The notes under the pieces are model-generated. The model did not search any database. It was not told the DNA's origin and worked only from the letters and a program-made list of their open reading frames with translations. Source: Flavobacteriales bacterium (lineage in GTDB: Bacteria > Bacteroidota > Bacteroidia > Flavobacteriales > BACL11). From it: 64,000 bases of DNA. The stretch covers positions 699,159 through 763,158 of the forward strand of contig OZ238992.1 in NCBI GenBank assembly GCA_965183885.1, in the 5' to 3' direction. This document shows, in pieces, positions 11,194 to 20,583 of the stretch. The first letter of the stretch is position 1; every line of letters starts with the position of its first letter. Position numbers and translations under genes: made by a program.

Positions 11194-11700
11194 ATGAGAA
11201 TCTTATTTTTATTAATAGCATTTAGTGTTACAACACTTACTACACAAGCTCAAAAATTTGCTTATGTTGATACTGATTATATTTTAAATAAGATCCCTGA
11301 ATTTAAGCAAGCACAAGACAAGTTAGATGCACTTGCAACTGATTGGCAAAAAGAAATTGAAAACAAATATGCTGATGTAGATCAGATGTACAGAGCATAT
11401 CAACAAGAACAAGTGCTTTTAACTGATGAAATGAAAGCAAAAAGAGAAGAAGCAATTATTAGTAAAGAAAAGGATGCTAAAGATTTACAACAAAAATACT
11501 TTGGAACTGAAGGAGACCTTTATATAAAAAGACAAGAACTAATAAAGCCAATACAGGATAAAGTATATACCGCTATTCAACAATTAGCAGCAGATAATAA
11601 ATATGCAATTGTATTTGATAGCTCAAGTGATTTAATCATGCTTTATAAAAATAACAACTTAGACAAAAGCGATAAAGTACTAAGCATATTAGGGTACTAA
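11194..11700 (+). CDS. OmpH/Skp-family periplasmic chaperone
   Basis: 168 aa with a signal peptide and Lys/Glu/Gln-rich helical arms. It sits immediately downstream of bamA. Confidence 0.85.
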   Translation: MRILFLLIAFSVTTLTTQAQKFAYVDTDYILNKIPEFKQAQDKLDALATDWQKEIENKYADVDQMYRAYQQEQVLLTDEMKAKREEAIISKEKDAKDLQQKYFGTEGDLYIKRQELIKPIQDKVYTAIQQLAADNKYAIVFDSSSDLIMLYKNNNLDKSDKVLSILGY

Positions 11701-11746
11701 TCTGAAATAATTTAATAATTAATAACAACAATCAACAACAATCAAC

Positions 11747-12244
11747 ATGAAAAAAATTACCTTTTTAGCACTTTTAAGTGTATTCTCTTTAAGCTCAATT
11801 GCACAAAATAAATTTGGCTATATTAATTCAAATGAATTGTTAGAACTAATGCCAGAAAGAAAAGCTGCTGAAACTGAAGTTCAAGAATTTGCAAAAAGCC
11901 TAGAATCTCAATTAGGATCAATGACTGCTGAATACCAGCAAAATGTACAAGAATACCAAAAAAATGAAGCAACTTATACTGATTTAGTAAAACAAGATAA
12001 GATATCTGAAATCACTGGGTTAGAGCAAAGAATTCAAGCATTTCAAAAGAATGCTCAAGAATCATTACAAGCTAAAGAGCAAGAACTACTAGAGCCAATA
12101 TTAGCAAAAGCAAGAAAAGCTATTGAAGATGTTGCTACAGAAGGAAACTATACTTACATATTTGATAAAAGTATAGGATCTATACTTTATGCTAAGGAAA
12201 GTGAAAATGTACTTTCTGCTGTAAAAAAGAAATTAGGATTATAA
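11747..12244 (+). CDS. OmpH/Skp-family periplasmic chaperone (second paralog)
   Basis: 165 aa with the same architecture, in tandem with the previous gene. Confidence 0.85.
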   Translation: MKKITFLALLSVFSLSSIAQNKFGYINSNELLELMPERKAAETEVQEFAKSLESQLGSMTAEYQQNVQEYQKNEATYTDLVKQDKISEITGLEQRIQAFQKNAQESLQAKEQELLEPILAKARKAIEDVATEGNYTYIFDKSIGSILYAKESENVLSAVKKKLGL

Positions 12245-12270
12245 GCTAAACAAAAGAAATACTCCTTTTA

Positions 12271-12297
12271 AAAAGCACCCTTTGTGGTGCTTTTTTT
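12271..12297 (+). terminator. Intrinsic terminator after the skp pair
   Basis: AAAAGCACC-cttgt-GGTGCTTTT stem followed by a T7 run. It overlaps the track's alternative murI start at 12284. Confidence 0.7.
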
Positions 12298-12310
12298 ATA
12301 TTTTTACTCT

Positions 12311-13111
12311 ATGCAAAACAGCCCTATTGGTATATTTGATTCAGGTATTGGAGGACTTACTATAGCTCACGCCTTAAAAAAAAGGTTACCTCATGAAAGC
12401 ATTATATATTTTGGGGATACAGAACATCTCCCTTATGGTGAGAAATCAAATGAAGCTATTAATAATTTTAGCAAAAAAATTACAGAGTTTCTCTTAGAAA
12501 AAAAATGCAAGACAATTATTATTGCCTGTAATAGTGCATCTTCGGTTGCCTATAAAACGGTTAATAAATTTGCAAATAAGATTCCTGTATTTAATGTTAT
12601 TGACCCTATAGTTGCTAGTGTAGTAGAGCAATGTTCAACAACTAATATTGGCGTTATTGGAACAAAAGCTACTATACAATCTGACATCTACAAACAAAAG
12701 ATTAACGCTTTATGTAGCACAGCAAAGGTATCTTCATTAGCTACACCCCTACTTGCCCCTATGATTGAAGAAGGCTTTATTAATGAAGAGATAAGCCATA
12801 CTATTATTGCAAATTACTTATCTAATATACAGCTAAAAGATATTAATCACTTAATATTAGCCTGTACTCACTACCCTCTAATACAGCAAGAAATAAACGA
12901 TTACTATAAAGGAAAAGTAAATGTTATTGACTCTGCAAGTATTGTTGCCGAACACATTGCAAAGCAACTAAAAGATAGCAATCTAATTAATAATACTGAC
13001 AGTGCTGAAGATCACTTTTATGTTTCTAACTATACAAAATCTTTTGAAGAGAGTGCCAAGTTCTTTTTCCATGATGCCATTAAACTTGAAGAAATAAATC
13101 TTTGGGCTTAA
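12311..13111 (+). CDS. murI: Glutamate racemase
   Basis: I moved the start to ATG 12311 (MQNSPIGIFDSGIGGLT) because the upstream part is a terminator hairpin. The catalytic Cys motifs ACNSAS and ACTHYP are present. Confidence 0.92.
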   Translation: MQNSPIGIFDSGIGGLTIAHALKKRLPHESIIYFGDTEHLPYGEKSNEAINNFSKKITEFLLEKKCKTIIIACNSASSVAYKTVNKFANKIPVFNVIDPIVASVVEQCSTTNIGVIGTKATIQSDIYKQKINALCSTAKVSSLATPLLAPMIEEGFINEEISHTIIANYLSNIQLKDINHLILACTHYPLIQQEINDYYKGKVNVIDSASIVAEHIAKQLKDSNLINNTDSAEDHFYVSNYTKSFEESAKFFFHDAIKLEEINLWA

Positions 13112-13623
13112 TCCTGAAACCAAGAAGCATACATCACATAATTATCAGATATTCCTTCAATTAACCTTGCTGTTTGCTCCTCGTTTAATGTTTTTACTTT
13201 TTTAGCTGGTACTCCTGCATAAATAGCTCCCGACTCTACATGTGTACCCTCTAATACTACTGCTCCTGCTGCAATAATAGCATTTGATTCTACAACTACT
13301 GCATCCATTACTATTGCACCCATTCCTATAAGCACATTATCTTTAATAGTACAACCGTGTACTAAAGCATTATGCCCTACTGACACATTATTCCCTAAGA
13401 TTGTAGCATGCTTTTTATAAGTACAATGTATTACTGCACCATCCTGAATATTTACCTTATTCCCAAATTTAATATAATTAACATCGCCTCTTACTACAGC
13501 ATTAAACCATACACTGCAATTATCTCCCATACTAACTTCTCCTACTACAGTTGCGTTCTCAGCCAGATATATTCCAGTTCCAAAAATTGGGATTTTACCT
13601 TTTACACTTTTTATTAATGCCAT
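13108..13623 (-). CDS. Gamma-carbonic-anhydrase-like left-handed beta-helix protein (YrdA/PaaY family)
   Basis: 171 aa with hexapeptide repeats and His ligand context (AVIHCT..., VGHNALVHG). Confidence 0.85.
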   Translation of the reverse strand: MALIKSVKGKIPIFGTGIYLAENATVVGEVSMGDNCSVWFNAVVRGDVNYIKFGNKVNIQDGAVIHCTYKKHATILGNNVSVGHNALVHGCTIKDNVLIGMGAIVMDAVVVESNAIIAAGAVVLEGTHVESGAIYAGVPAKKVKTLNEEQTARLIEGISDNYVMYASWFQD

Positions 13624-13638
13624 ACTATTGTTTGTTTG

Positions 13639-13646
13639 TACTTTTG
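13639..13646 (+). promoter_or_regulatory. -7 box (TActTTTG) for the NifU-like gene
   Basis: TACTTTTG lies 16 nt before the ATG at 13663. The track's TTG start at 13636 sits just upstream of this box and overlaps its first base. Confidence 0.55.
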
Positions 13647-13662
13647 CACAAAAGTAAACATT

Positions 13663-14259
13663 ATGAATTATAGTATATATGCCGAGAGCACCCCAAATCC
13701 TGAGGTGATGAAATTTGTAGCTAACAGGATGTTAGCCGATAAAAGCGTTGAGATTAATAACCCTGAAGAAGCAAAAGAGATATCAATAGCTGCCGCACTT
13801 TTCAATTTTCCATTTATTAAAAGTCTATACATTAGTGCCAATTTTATTTCAATATCAAAAACAGCAACTATTGAATGGGAAGATATTGCTATGCAACTGC
13901 GTGTTTTTATTGCTGAGCATTTAAATAATGAAGGCATTAAAAATTACACTGAACATATTGATAATACTCCAGAAAAAAAGGAAGAAACTACTGTTGAGGC
14001 TGAAGCCCCAACAAACAGAACTTTTAATGAGAAAGAGCAAGAGATTGAAGCATTGCTAAACGAATACATTAAGCCCGCTGTGGAATCCGATGGTGGAGCA
14101 ATAACTTTACACTCTTATGTGGGTAATATTGTAAGTGTAAACCTAAAAGGAGCTTGTAGTGGATGTCCTTCATCAACAAGTACACTTAAGGGAGGGATTG
14201 AGTCTTTATTAAAACAAAAAGTTGACCCAGATATAGAGGTTGTTGCACATGAAGCATAG
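13663..14259 (+). CDS. NifU/Nfu-type Fe-S cluster assembly protein
   Basis: I moved the start to ATG 13663 (MNYSIYAESTPNPEVMKF, an Nfu N-terminal domain). The C-terminal NifU motif GACSGCPSS is present. Confidence 0.88.
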   Translation: MNYSIYAESTPNPEVMKFVANRMLADKSVEINNPEEAKEISIAAALFNFPFIKSLYISANFISISKTATIEWEDIAMQLRVFIAEHLNNEGIKNYTEHIDNTPEKKEETTVEAEAPTNRTFNEKEQEIEALLNEYIKPAVESDGGAITLHSYVGNIVSVNLKGACSGCPSSTSTLKGGIESLLKQKVDPDIEVVAHEA

Positions 14260-14260
14260 A

Positions 14261-14289
14261 AAAAGGGGAAGCAAATGCTTCCCCTTTTT
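14261..14289. terminator. Bidirectional intrinsic terminator between convergent nifU-like and ferredoxin genes
   Basis: A perfect 12-bp stem, AAAAGGGGAAGC-aaat-GCTTCCCCTTTT, flanked by A and T runs. Confidence 0.8.
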
Positions 14290-14310
14290 ATTTATACATT
14301 AATACGCTAT

Positions 14311-14622
14311 TTAAGCATGTAACATATCTTTCTTAGTCAATAACTCTGCTTCTGTCTCTTCATTATCTTCATCAGGAACACAACAATCAACAGGGCAAAC
14401 AGCTGCACATTGTGGCTCATCATGGAAACCAATACATTCTGTACATTTATCCGTTGCTATATAAAAGTATTCATCCGACTCTGCTTCACGCTCAGTATCG
14501 TCTGCAACATTAGTTCCATCTGACATTTTCCATCCTTCTTCTGGAGGATAAATTGCATTATTAGGACATTCTGGCTCACAAGCCTCACAATTGATACAAT
14601 CGTCTGTAATTTTAATTGCCAT
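14311..14622 (-). CDS. 4Fe-4S dicluster ferredoxin
   Basis: 103 aa with [12 protein letters not shown] and [21 protein letters not shown] cysteine patterns. Confidence 0.88.
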   Translation of the reverse strand: MAIKITDDCINCEACEPECPNNAIYPPEEGWKMSDGTNVADDTEREAESDEYFYIATDKCTECIGFHDEPQCAAVCPVDCCVPDEDNEETEAELLTKKDMLHA

Positions 14623-14654
14623 ATTTAAATTTTATTTAATTAATTTTAAAGTTG

Positions 14655-14662
14655 CAAAAATA
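14655..14662 (-). promoter_or_regulatory. -7 box (TAttTTTG) for the ferredoxin gene
   Basis: Plus-strand caaaaata is TATTTTTG on the minus strand, 32 nt upstream of the ATG at 14622. Confidence 0.5.
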
Positions 14663-14810
14663 TAGTTTTTTCATCAAGCAATAACATATTATCTTAATTT
14701 AAACACCCTACTTAAAAAAGTAGCCCCTACTTAGCAGTACTAAAAAACACAAAACCCCAACTTATAACTAATTAATTTAAGGTTTTTAGGTGTAACACCA
14801 ACAGCTTTTT

Positions 14811-14818
14811 TATCTTTG
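14811..14818 (+). promoter_or_regulatory. -7 box (TAtcTTTG) for the cyclophilin gene
   Basis: TATCTTTG lies 22 nt before the ATG at 14841. Confidence 0.5.
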
Positions 14819-14840
14819 GAATCTTAAAAAACCACTGACT

Positions 14841-15515
14841 ATGAAACTATTACTACCCTTATTCATACTACTGCTGTCTTTTACAGCAAAAGCACAAACT
14901 CAAGTTGCCATATATACAAATCATGGTACTATTACCCTTGAGTTATATGATACTATAGTACCAAACACGGTTGCTAATTTTATTAATCTTGTTAACCAAA
15001 AGTTTTATGATAGTGTTACTTTCCATAGGGTTATTGATAATTTTATGATACAAGGTGGAGACGGAACTCCTGCCCCACCAGCTATTACTGATGAGTTTGA
15101 TGCTTCCTTAAGCAATACTCAAGGAACAATTTCAATGGCAAACTCAGGACCAAATACAGGTACTTGTCAGTTTTTTATCAATCTGGTAAATAATACCTAT
15201 TTAGATTTTAACAAACCTCCTTACTCCTCAAAACATCCAGTTTTTGGAACTACCATAAATGGCTTTAATATTGTTCAGGATATAGGTAACGTAGCAACAG
15301 ATGGTAATGATGCCCCTATAACACCTGTGGTTATGGATAGCGTAAGAGTTATTAGCCAAATAACTGCTACAAATAATCTTAATCCAATAAAAGACCAACA
15401 AAAACTACTTAAGATTGTTGACATTCTAGGGAAAGAAACAAAAGCAATTCCAAATACTATCCTATTTTACATTTATGAAAATGGAGTTGTTGAAAAACGC
15501 TTTTTTATAAACTAA
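14841..15515 (+). CDS. Secreted cyclophilin-type peptidyl-prolyl isomerase with a ~55-aa C-terminal extension
   Basis: 224 aa. Signal peptide ends ...TAKAQ; FHRVIDNFMIQGGD and MANSGPNTGTCQFFI are present. Tail is ...KLLKIVDILGKETKAIPNTILFYIYENGVVEKRFFIN. Confidence 0.88.
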   Translation: MKLLLPLFILLLSFTAKAQTQVAIYTNHGTITLELYDTIVPNTVANFINLVNQKFYDSVTFHRVIDNFMIQGGDGTPAPPAITDEFDASLSNTQGTISMANSGPNTGTCQFFINLVNNTYLDFNKPPYSSKHPVFGTTINGFNIVQDIGNVATDGNDAPITPVVMDSVRVISQITATNNLNPIKDQQKLLKIVDILGKETKAIPNTILFYIYENGVVEKRFFIN

Positions 15516-15556
15516 TAAAAGGTGAAAATCCATAAGGATGTTTAAGTAAGCATTTG

Positions 15557-15564
15557 TACTTTTG
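15557..15564 (+). promoter_or_regulatory. -7 box (TActTTTG) for korAB
   Basis: TACTTTTG lies 28 nt before the ATG at 15593. The track's TTG start at 15554 abuts this box. Confidence 0.55.
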
Positions 15565-15592
15565 TAGCTTTAAATTTCTTTTAAAAATAATA

Positions 15593-17434
15593 ATGACGAA
15601 AGCTACTAAAATTGTTGATCTGGAGAAAGTTGTAATTAAATTTGCTGGTGACTCAGGAGATGGAATGCAATTAACTGGAACTCAATTTACAGATACTTCT
15701 GCACTTTTAGGAAATGATTTAGCTACTTTCCCTGATTACCCAGCAGAAATTAGAGCTCCACAAGGAACTGTTGCTGGGGTTTCTGGTTTTCAAATTCATA
15801 TTGGTCGTATTGACATTAATACCCCTGGAGATATTGCTGATGTATTAGTTGCAATGAATCCTGCGGCACTAAAAGCCAATAAAAATTGGATTAAGAAAGG
15901 CGGTACTATCATTGTAAATATTGACAGCTTTACCAAAAGAGATTTAGAAAAAGCAGGATACAGTACTTCGCCTTTAGAAGATCATTCCTTTGATGGATTT
16001 AATATTATTCAGGCACCAATTACTAAGCTAACCCGAGAAGCCCTTAAAGATTCTGGCTTAGATGGAAAAAGTATTGGACGATCAAAAAACATGTTTGCTT
16101 TAGGAATTGTTTATTGGATGTTTAACAGACCAATGGAACAAACTGAAGCCTTCTTAAAAAAGAAATTTGCTAAAAAACCTGATGTAGTAGCAGCAAATAT
16201 TAAGGTGATGCATACAGGATATAACTTTGCAGATACCATTGAGGCATTACCTTCTTCTTATACTGTTTTGGCAGCTAACTTAGCTCCTGGAAAATACAGA
16301 AATGTAATGGGAAATCAAGCCATTGCTTGGGGGTTTTTAGCTGCTGCTGAAAATGCAAATAAAGAATTATTTTTAGGATCATACCCTATCACTCCAGCAT
16401 CTGACATCTTACACGAACTTGCCAAGCATAAAAACTTAGGCGTAAAAACCTTTCAGGCAGAAGATGAAATTGCTGGTATTTGTTCTGCTATTGGTGCTAG
16501 TTTTACTGGAGATTTAGCAATTACAACAACATCAGGACCTGGTTTAGCACTTAAAGGAGAAGCTTTAGGTTTAGCTATTATGGCTGAACTTCCTTTAGTG
16601 GTTGTAAATGTACAACGAGGAGGGCCATCAACAGGACTACCTACAAAAACAGAACAGTCTGACTTAATGCAGGCACTTTATGGAAGAAATGGAGAGAGCC
16701 CTTGTGTTGTATTGGCAAGCTCAACTCCTGCTAATTGCTTCGATTGGGCTTATATTGCCTCTAAAATAACTTTAGAACACAATACTCCTGTAGTATTGCT
16801 CTCAGATGGATATTTAGGAAATGGTGCTGAGCCATGGCGTATAAAATCTACTGCTGATATGCCTAAGATAATACCCAATGTAGCTGTTGAGAGGGAAACC
16901 TATCAACCTTACCAAAGAGATGAGGATACTTTAGCAAGGAAAATAGCCTTACCAGGGACTAAAGGACTAGAACATAGGCTAGGAGGCTTAGAGAAAGAAG
17001 ATATTACAGGAAACGTTTCTTATGACCCTGAGAACCACGAAAAGATGTGCAAGTTAAGAGCTGAGAAAATTGACAGAATTGCAAACTACATTCCTAATCA
17101 GGAGATTTATGGAAAAGAAAATGCTGATGTATTAGTAATTGGTTGGGGAGGAACTTATGGTTCTTTATTCTCTGCTGTTGATCATTTACTAAACCAAGGT
17201 GAGAGCATAGCATTAGCTCAATTCAACTATATTAATCCTTTGCCTAAGAATACTGCCGAACTGCTAAAAAGCTACAAAACCATTGTAGTATGCGAGCTTA
17301 ATGGCGGACAATTTGCAAACTATTTAAGAATGAATTTTGAGGGAATAAAGTTTGAACAATATAATAAAATTCAAGGATTCCCTTTCACTACTGCTGAGTT
17401 AGAAAGCAAGTTTAAATCATTATTAGAAAAATAA
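15593..17434 (+). CDS. korA: 2-oxoglutarate:ferredoxin oxidoreductase, alpha subunit
   Basis: I moved the start to ATG 15593 (MTKATKIV...IKFAGDSGDGMQLTG). It is a fused gamma+alpha-type subunit followed directly by the beta subunit. Confidence 0.88.
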   Translation: MTKATKIVDLEKVVIKFAGDSGDGMQLTGTQFTDTSALLGNDLATFPDYPAEIRAPQGTVAGVSGFQIHIGRIDINTPGDIADVLVAMNPAALKANKNWIKKGGTIIVNIDSFTKRDLEKAGYSTSPLEDHSFDGFNIIQAPITKLTREALKDSGLDGKSIGRSKNMFALGIVYWMFNRPMEQTEAFLKKKFAKKPDVVAANIKVMHTGYNFADTIEALPSSYTVLAANLAPGKYRNVMGNQAIAWGFLAAAENANKELFLGSYPITPASDILHELAKHKNLGVKTFQAEDEIAGICSAIGASFTGDLAITTTSGPGLALKGEALGLAIMAELPLVVVNVQRGGPSTGLPTKTEQSDLMQALYGRNGESPCVVLASSTPANCFDWAYIASKITLEHNTPVVLLSDGYLGNGAEPWRIKSTADMPKIIPNVAVERETYQPYQRDEDTLARKIALPGTKGLEHRLGGLEKEDITGNVSYDPENHEKMCKLRAEKIDRIANYIPNQEIYGKENADVLVIGWGGTYGSLFSAVDHLLNQGESIALAQFNYINPLPKNTAELLKSYKTIVVCELNGGQFANYLRMNFEGIKFEQYNKIQGFPFTTAELESKFKSLLEK

Positions 17435-17435
17435 T

Positions 17436-18446
17436 ATGGGACACTTAACAAATAAAGATTTTGCAAGCGACCAGGAGGTAAAATGGTGTCCTGGATGTGG
17501 AGATTATGCTATTTTGAGAGCCTTACAAAAAGCACTTCCTAACCTAGAAAGAAACAAAGAAGATTTTGTTTTTATCTCTGGAATTGGCTGCTCATCTCGT
17601 TTTCCATATTATATGAATACTTATGGCTTTCATACCATCCATGGTAGAGCACCTGCTTTTGCAACTGGAGTAAAACTAGCAAATCCTAAACTAAGTGTAT
17701 GGCAAATTACTGGTGATGGTGATGCTTTAGCAATTGGAGGAAATCATTTTATACACGCCCTAAGAAGAAATATTGACATCAATATTTTACTCTTTAATAA
17801 TGAAATTTACGGACTAACAAAAGGACAGTTCTCCCCTACATCTAAGAAAGGAATTAAGACAAAATCGAACCCACACGGAACAACCGATGAGCCTTTTTCT
17901 CCTTCTGATTTGGCAATTGGCGCACAAGGATCCTTCTTTGCAAGGGTGGTAGACACTAACCCAAAGCTGATGCAAAAAATATTTGTAGCAGCAGAAGAAC
18001 ATAATGGAACTTCTTTAATTGAAATTTTACAGAATTGTGTAATTTTTAATGATAAGACCTTTGCTTCTATCACTGCTAAGGAAGTAAAACAAGATGCTCA
18101 AATAGTTTTAGAGCATGGAAAACCTATGGTTTTTGGAGCTGAGAATAATAAGGGTTTACAAGTTAATGGCTTTAAATTGGAAGTAGTTACTATAGGAGAA
18201 AATGGAATTACAGAAGATGATATTTTGGTACACAATGCCGAAGAAGCAGACCCTACCCTACACAGTATGCTTGCTCGTATGCGACCACCAGAATTCCCTG
18301 CTGCCTTAGGTGTAATTAGAAGCGTAAAAAGACCTAGCTACGACAAAGGTGTACTACAACAACTAGAACTTGAGCAAAAGAATGCTAAGTTTAAGTCTGT
18401 AGATGAGCTCCTAACTACTGGAGATACTTGGGAAATAAGAAACTAA
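17436..18446 (+). CDS. korB: 2-oxoglutarate:ferredoxin oxidoreductase, beta (TPP-binding) subunit
   Basis: 336 aa with WCPGCGDY and TPP motif GDGDALAIGGNH...NN. A 1-nt gap separates it from korA. Confidence 0.88.
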   Translation: MGHLTNKDFASDQEVKWCPGCGDYAILRALQKALPNLERNKEDFVFISGIGCSSRFPYYMNTYGFHTIHGRAPAFATGVKLANPKLSVWQITGDGDALAIGGNHFIHALRRNIDINILLFNNEIYGLTKGQFSPTSKKGIKTKSNPHGTTDEPFSPSDLAIGAQGSFFARVVDTNPKLMQKIFVAAEEHNGTSLIEILQNCVIFNDKTFASITAKEVKQDAQIVLEHGKPMVFGAENNKGLQVNGFKLEVVTIGENGITEDDILVHNAEEADPTLHSMLARMRPPEFPAALGVIRSVKRPSYDKGVLQQLELEQKNAKFKSVDELLTTGDTWEIRN

Positions 18447-18470
18447 GCACTACATAATAATATAAAACAA

Positions 18471-18506
18471 AGCCCTACTAAATTAGTGGGGCTTCTTCTT
18501 TTTTCA
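18471..18506 (+). terminator. Intrinsic terminator after korB
   Basis: AGCCCTACTA-aat-TAGTGGGGCT stem (one G.U pair) followed by a T-rich run. Confidence 0.7.
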
Positions 18507-18516
18507 TTTTTTTCTA

Positions 18517-18524
18517 TAAGTTTG
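18517..18524 (+). promoter_or_regulatory. -7 box (TAagTTTG) 4 nt before the hupE-like ATG
   Basis: TAAGTTTG at 18517-18524; ATG at 18529. Confidence 0.5.
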
Positions 18525-18528
18525 CTTT

Positions 18529-19308
18529 ATGAAAAAATTACTAGTCTTATTACTTTGTCTACCCTTTACAGGTTGGGCACATGGAGTTTCCCAAGCTACT
18601 GCTAAAGCTATGGCCAATGCCTCATTAAGCGATTATATCTATTTTGGAACAGAACATATGCTTACAGGTTACGACCATATCTTATTCCTAATTGGTATCC
18701 TATTTTTTCTTAATAACTATTTGGATATTTTTAAATTTATTACTGCCTTTACTATTGCCCATTGTATCACCCTTATTTTTGCTACTTCCTATGGTATTAC
18801 AGCCAATGCTTACCTTATTGATGCCGTAATTGCTTTTAGTGTTATCTATAAGGGATTTGAAAACTTAGGTGGCTTTAAAAAGTACTTAGGCATTAAAGCT
18901 CCTAACCTAATTTTAATAGTTTTTAGCTTTGGGCTAATACATGGTTTTGGGCTATCAACAAAGCTGCAAGAAGTAGCTGTAGCCTCAAGTATAGAATTAT
19001 CTTTAGGACAAATTCTCTCTTTTAATATAGGAGTAGAACTTGGGCAAATAGTAGTATTAATACTTGTATTCCTGCTGCTTTCATTAATTAAAGGCAAACC
19101 ATTTGACGCAATAGCTAAATTTGCTAATTGGGCATTAGTTATTGCAGGAATGCTATTGTTTATTTATCAAATTAATGGCTACATAAATGATGACCCCCAT
19201 CACCATCAAGAACAAATTACAGCAGAAGAGCCAGAACATAAGCATACAAGCCCTCAGCAGGAGCAACGCAGCCATTCTCATGATGGCGGAGAGGAACACA
19301 CTCATTAA
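18529..19308 (+). CDS. HupE/UreJ-family membrane protein with His-rich C-terminal tail
   Basis: 259 aa. Signal peptide ends ...GWAHG; FGTEHMLTGYDHILFLIG motif; several transmembrane segments. Tail is DDPHHHQEQITAEEPEHKHTSPQQEQRSHSHDGGEEHTH. Confidence 0.8.
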   Translation: MKKLLVLLLCLPFTGWAHGVSQATAKAMANASLSDYIYFGTEHMLTGYDHILFLIGILFFLNNYLDIFKFITAFTIAHCITLIFATSYGITANAYLIDAVIAFSVIYKGFENLGGFKKYLGIKAPNLILIVFSFGLIHGFGLSTKLQEVAVASSIELSLGQILSFNIGVELGQIVVLILVFLLLSLIKGKPFDAIAKFANWALVIAGMLLFIYQINGYINDDPHHHQEQITAEEPEHKHTSPQQEQRSHSHDGGEEHTH

Positions 19309-19340
19309 TAGTAATAAAGCCTTAAAAACGCAGAAAACAA

Positions 19341-19378
19341 AGAAGCCCTAGCAAATACTAAGGCTTCTTTTTATTTTA
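19341..19378. terminator. Hairpin terminator between convergent hupE-like and sucB genes
   Basis: AGAAGCCCTA-gcaaatac-TAAGGCTTCT (one mismatch) with T-rich flanks on both strands. Confidence 0.6.
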
Positions 19379-19392
19379 AAATAAGGTATCGT

Positions 19393-20580
19393 TTATAATC
19401 CTAAGAAACCTTTTACATCTCCTCCCATTAAATGTTCTGTTGGGTTTTCTAAACATTCTTTTACTCTCACTAAGAATCCTACTGACTCTCTACCATCAAT
19501 AATTCTATGATCATAAGAAAGAGCTACATACATAATAGGTCTTATCTTTACCTCACCATTAACTGCCATTGGACGCTCTACAATATTATGCATTCCTAAA
19601 ATTGCAGATTGTGGAGGATTAATAATAGGTGTTGAAAGCATAGAACCAAATACACCACCATTAGTAATTGTAAAAGTTCCACCTAACATTTCGTTAACCG
19701 TAATTTTTCCATCTCTAGCTTTTATTGCCAAGCGCTTAATCTCTGATTCCACCTCTTGGAAATTCATTAGCTCTGCATTCCTAACCACAGGAACCATTAA
19801 TCCCTTAGGAGCACTTACTGCAATACCTATATCCGAATAATTATGATGGATTACTTCATTACCATCAATCATAGCATTTACATCTTTAAACTCGGCAAGA
19901 GCAGTAGTAACCGCCTTAGTAAAGAATGACATAAAACCTAAGCCTACACCATACTTTTCCTTAAAAGCTTCTTTATACTGCTTTCTAATTTCAAAAATTG
20001 CAGTCATATCTACCTCATTAAAAGTAGTAAGCATAGCAGTTTCGTTCTTTACAGTAACCAATCTACTCGCAATTTTTCTTCTTAATGAAGACATCTTTTT
20101 ACGAGAAGTACCTCTTGGCCCATCAGTTGAAGAACCATTAATTGCACCTAAAACATCTACCTTAGTAATTTTTCCTGCTTCACCTGTTCCCTTCAATTCT
20201 TTAGCTGAGATATCGTGCTCACTAATCATAGCAGATGCCAATGGTGTTGCTTTTGCACCTCCTAAATCTGCACTTGCTTTTGCAGCAGCCTTTGGAGCTT
20301 CAGTAGTTTCTTCTTTAGCAGGTTTTGCTTTTGCTACTCCTTTTGCTGAAGTATCAATAATACAAACTACATCACCAACAGCTACTGTTTCACCATCACC
20401 TACAATAATCTTAATAGTTCCACTTTCTTCAGCTGGTAATTCTAAAGTTGCTTTATCAGAATCTATTTCTGCAATAGATTGATCTTTCTCTACATAATCG
20501 CCATCTTCAACTAGCCATTCTGCAATTTCTACTTCTGATATTGACTCTCCCGGACTTGGGACCTTCATTTCTAATAACAT
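19393..20580 (-). CDS. sucB: Dihydrolipoyllysine-residue succinyltransferase (E2 of 2-oxoglutarate dehydrogenase)
   Basis: 395 aa with an N-terminal lipoyl domain ([13 protein letters not shown]), an Ala/Pro/Lys linker and catalytic DHRIIDG. Confidence 0.93.
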   Translation of the reverse strand: MLLEMKVPSPGESISEVEIAEWLVEDGDYVEKDQSIAEIDSDKATLELPAEESGTIKIIVGDGETVAVGDVVCIIDTSAKGVAKAKPAKEETTEAPKAAAKASADLGGAKATPLASAMISEHDISAKELKGTGEAGKITKVDVLGAINGSSTDGPRGTSRKKMSSLRRKIASRLVTVKNETAMLTTFNEVDMTAIFEIRKQYKEAFKEKYGVGLGFMSFFTKAVTTALAEFKDVNAMIDGNEVIHHNYSDIGIAVSAPKGLMVPVVRNAELMNFQEVESEIKRLAIKARDGKITVNEMLGGTFTITNGGVFGSMLSTPIINPPQSAILGMHNIVERPMAVNGEVKIRPIMYVALSYDHRIIDGRESVGFLVRVKECLENPTEHLMGGDVKGFLGL

Positions 20581-20583
20581 GTC

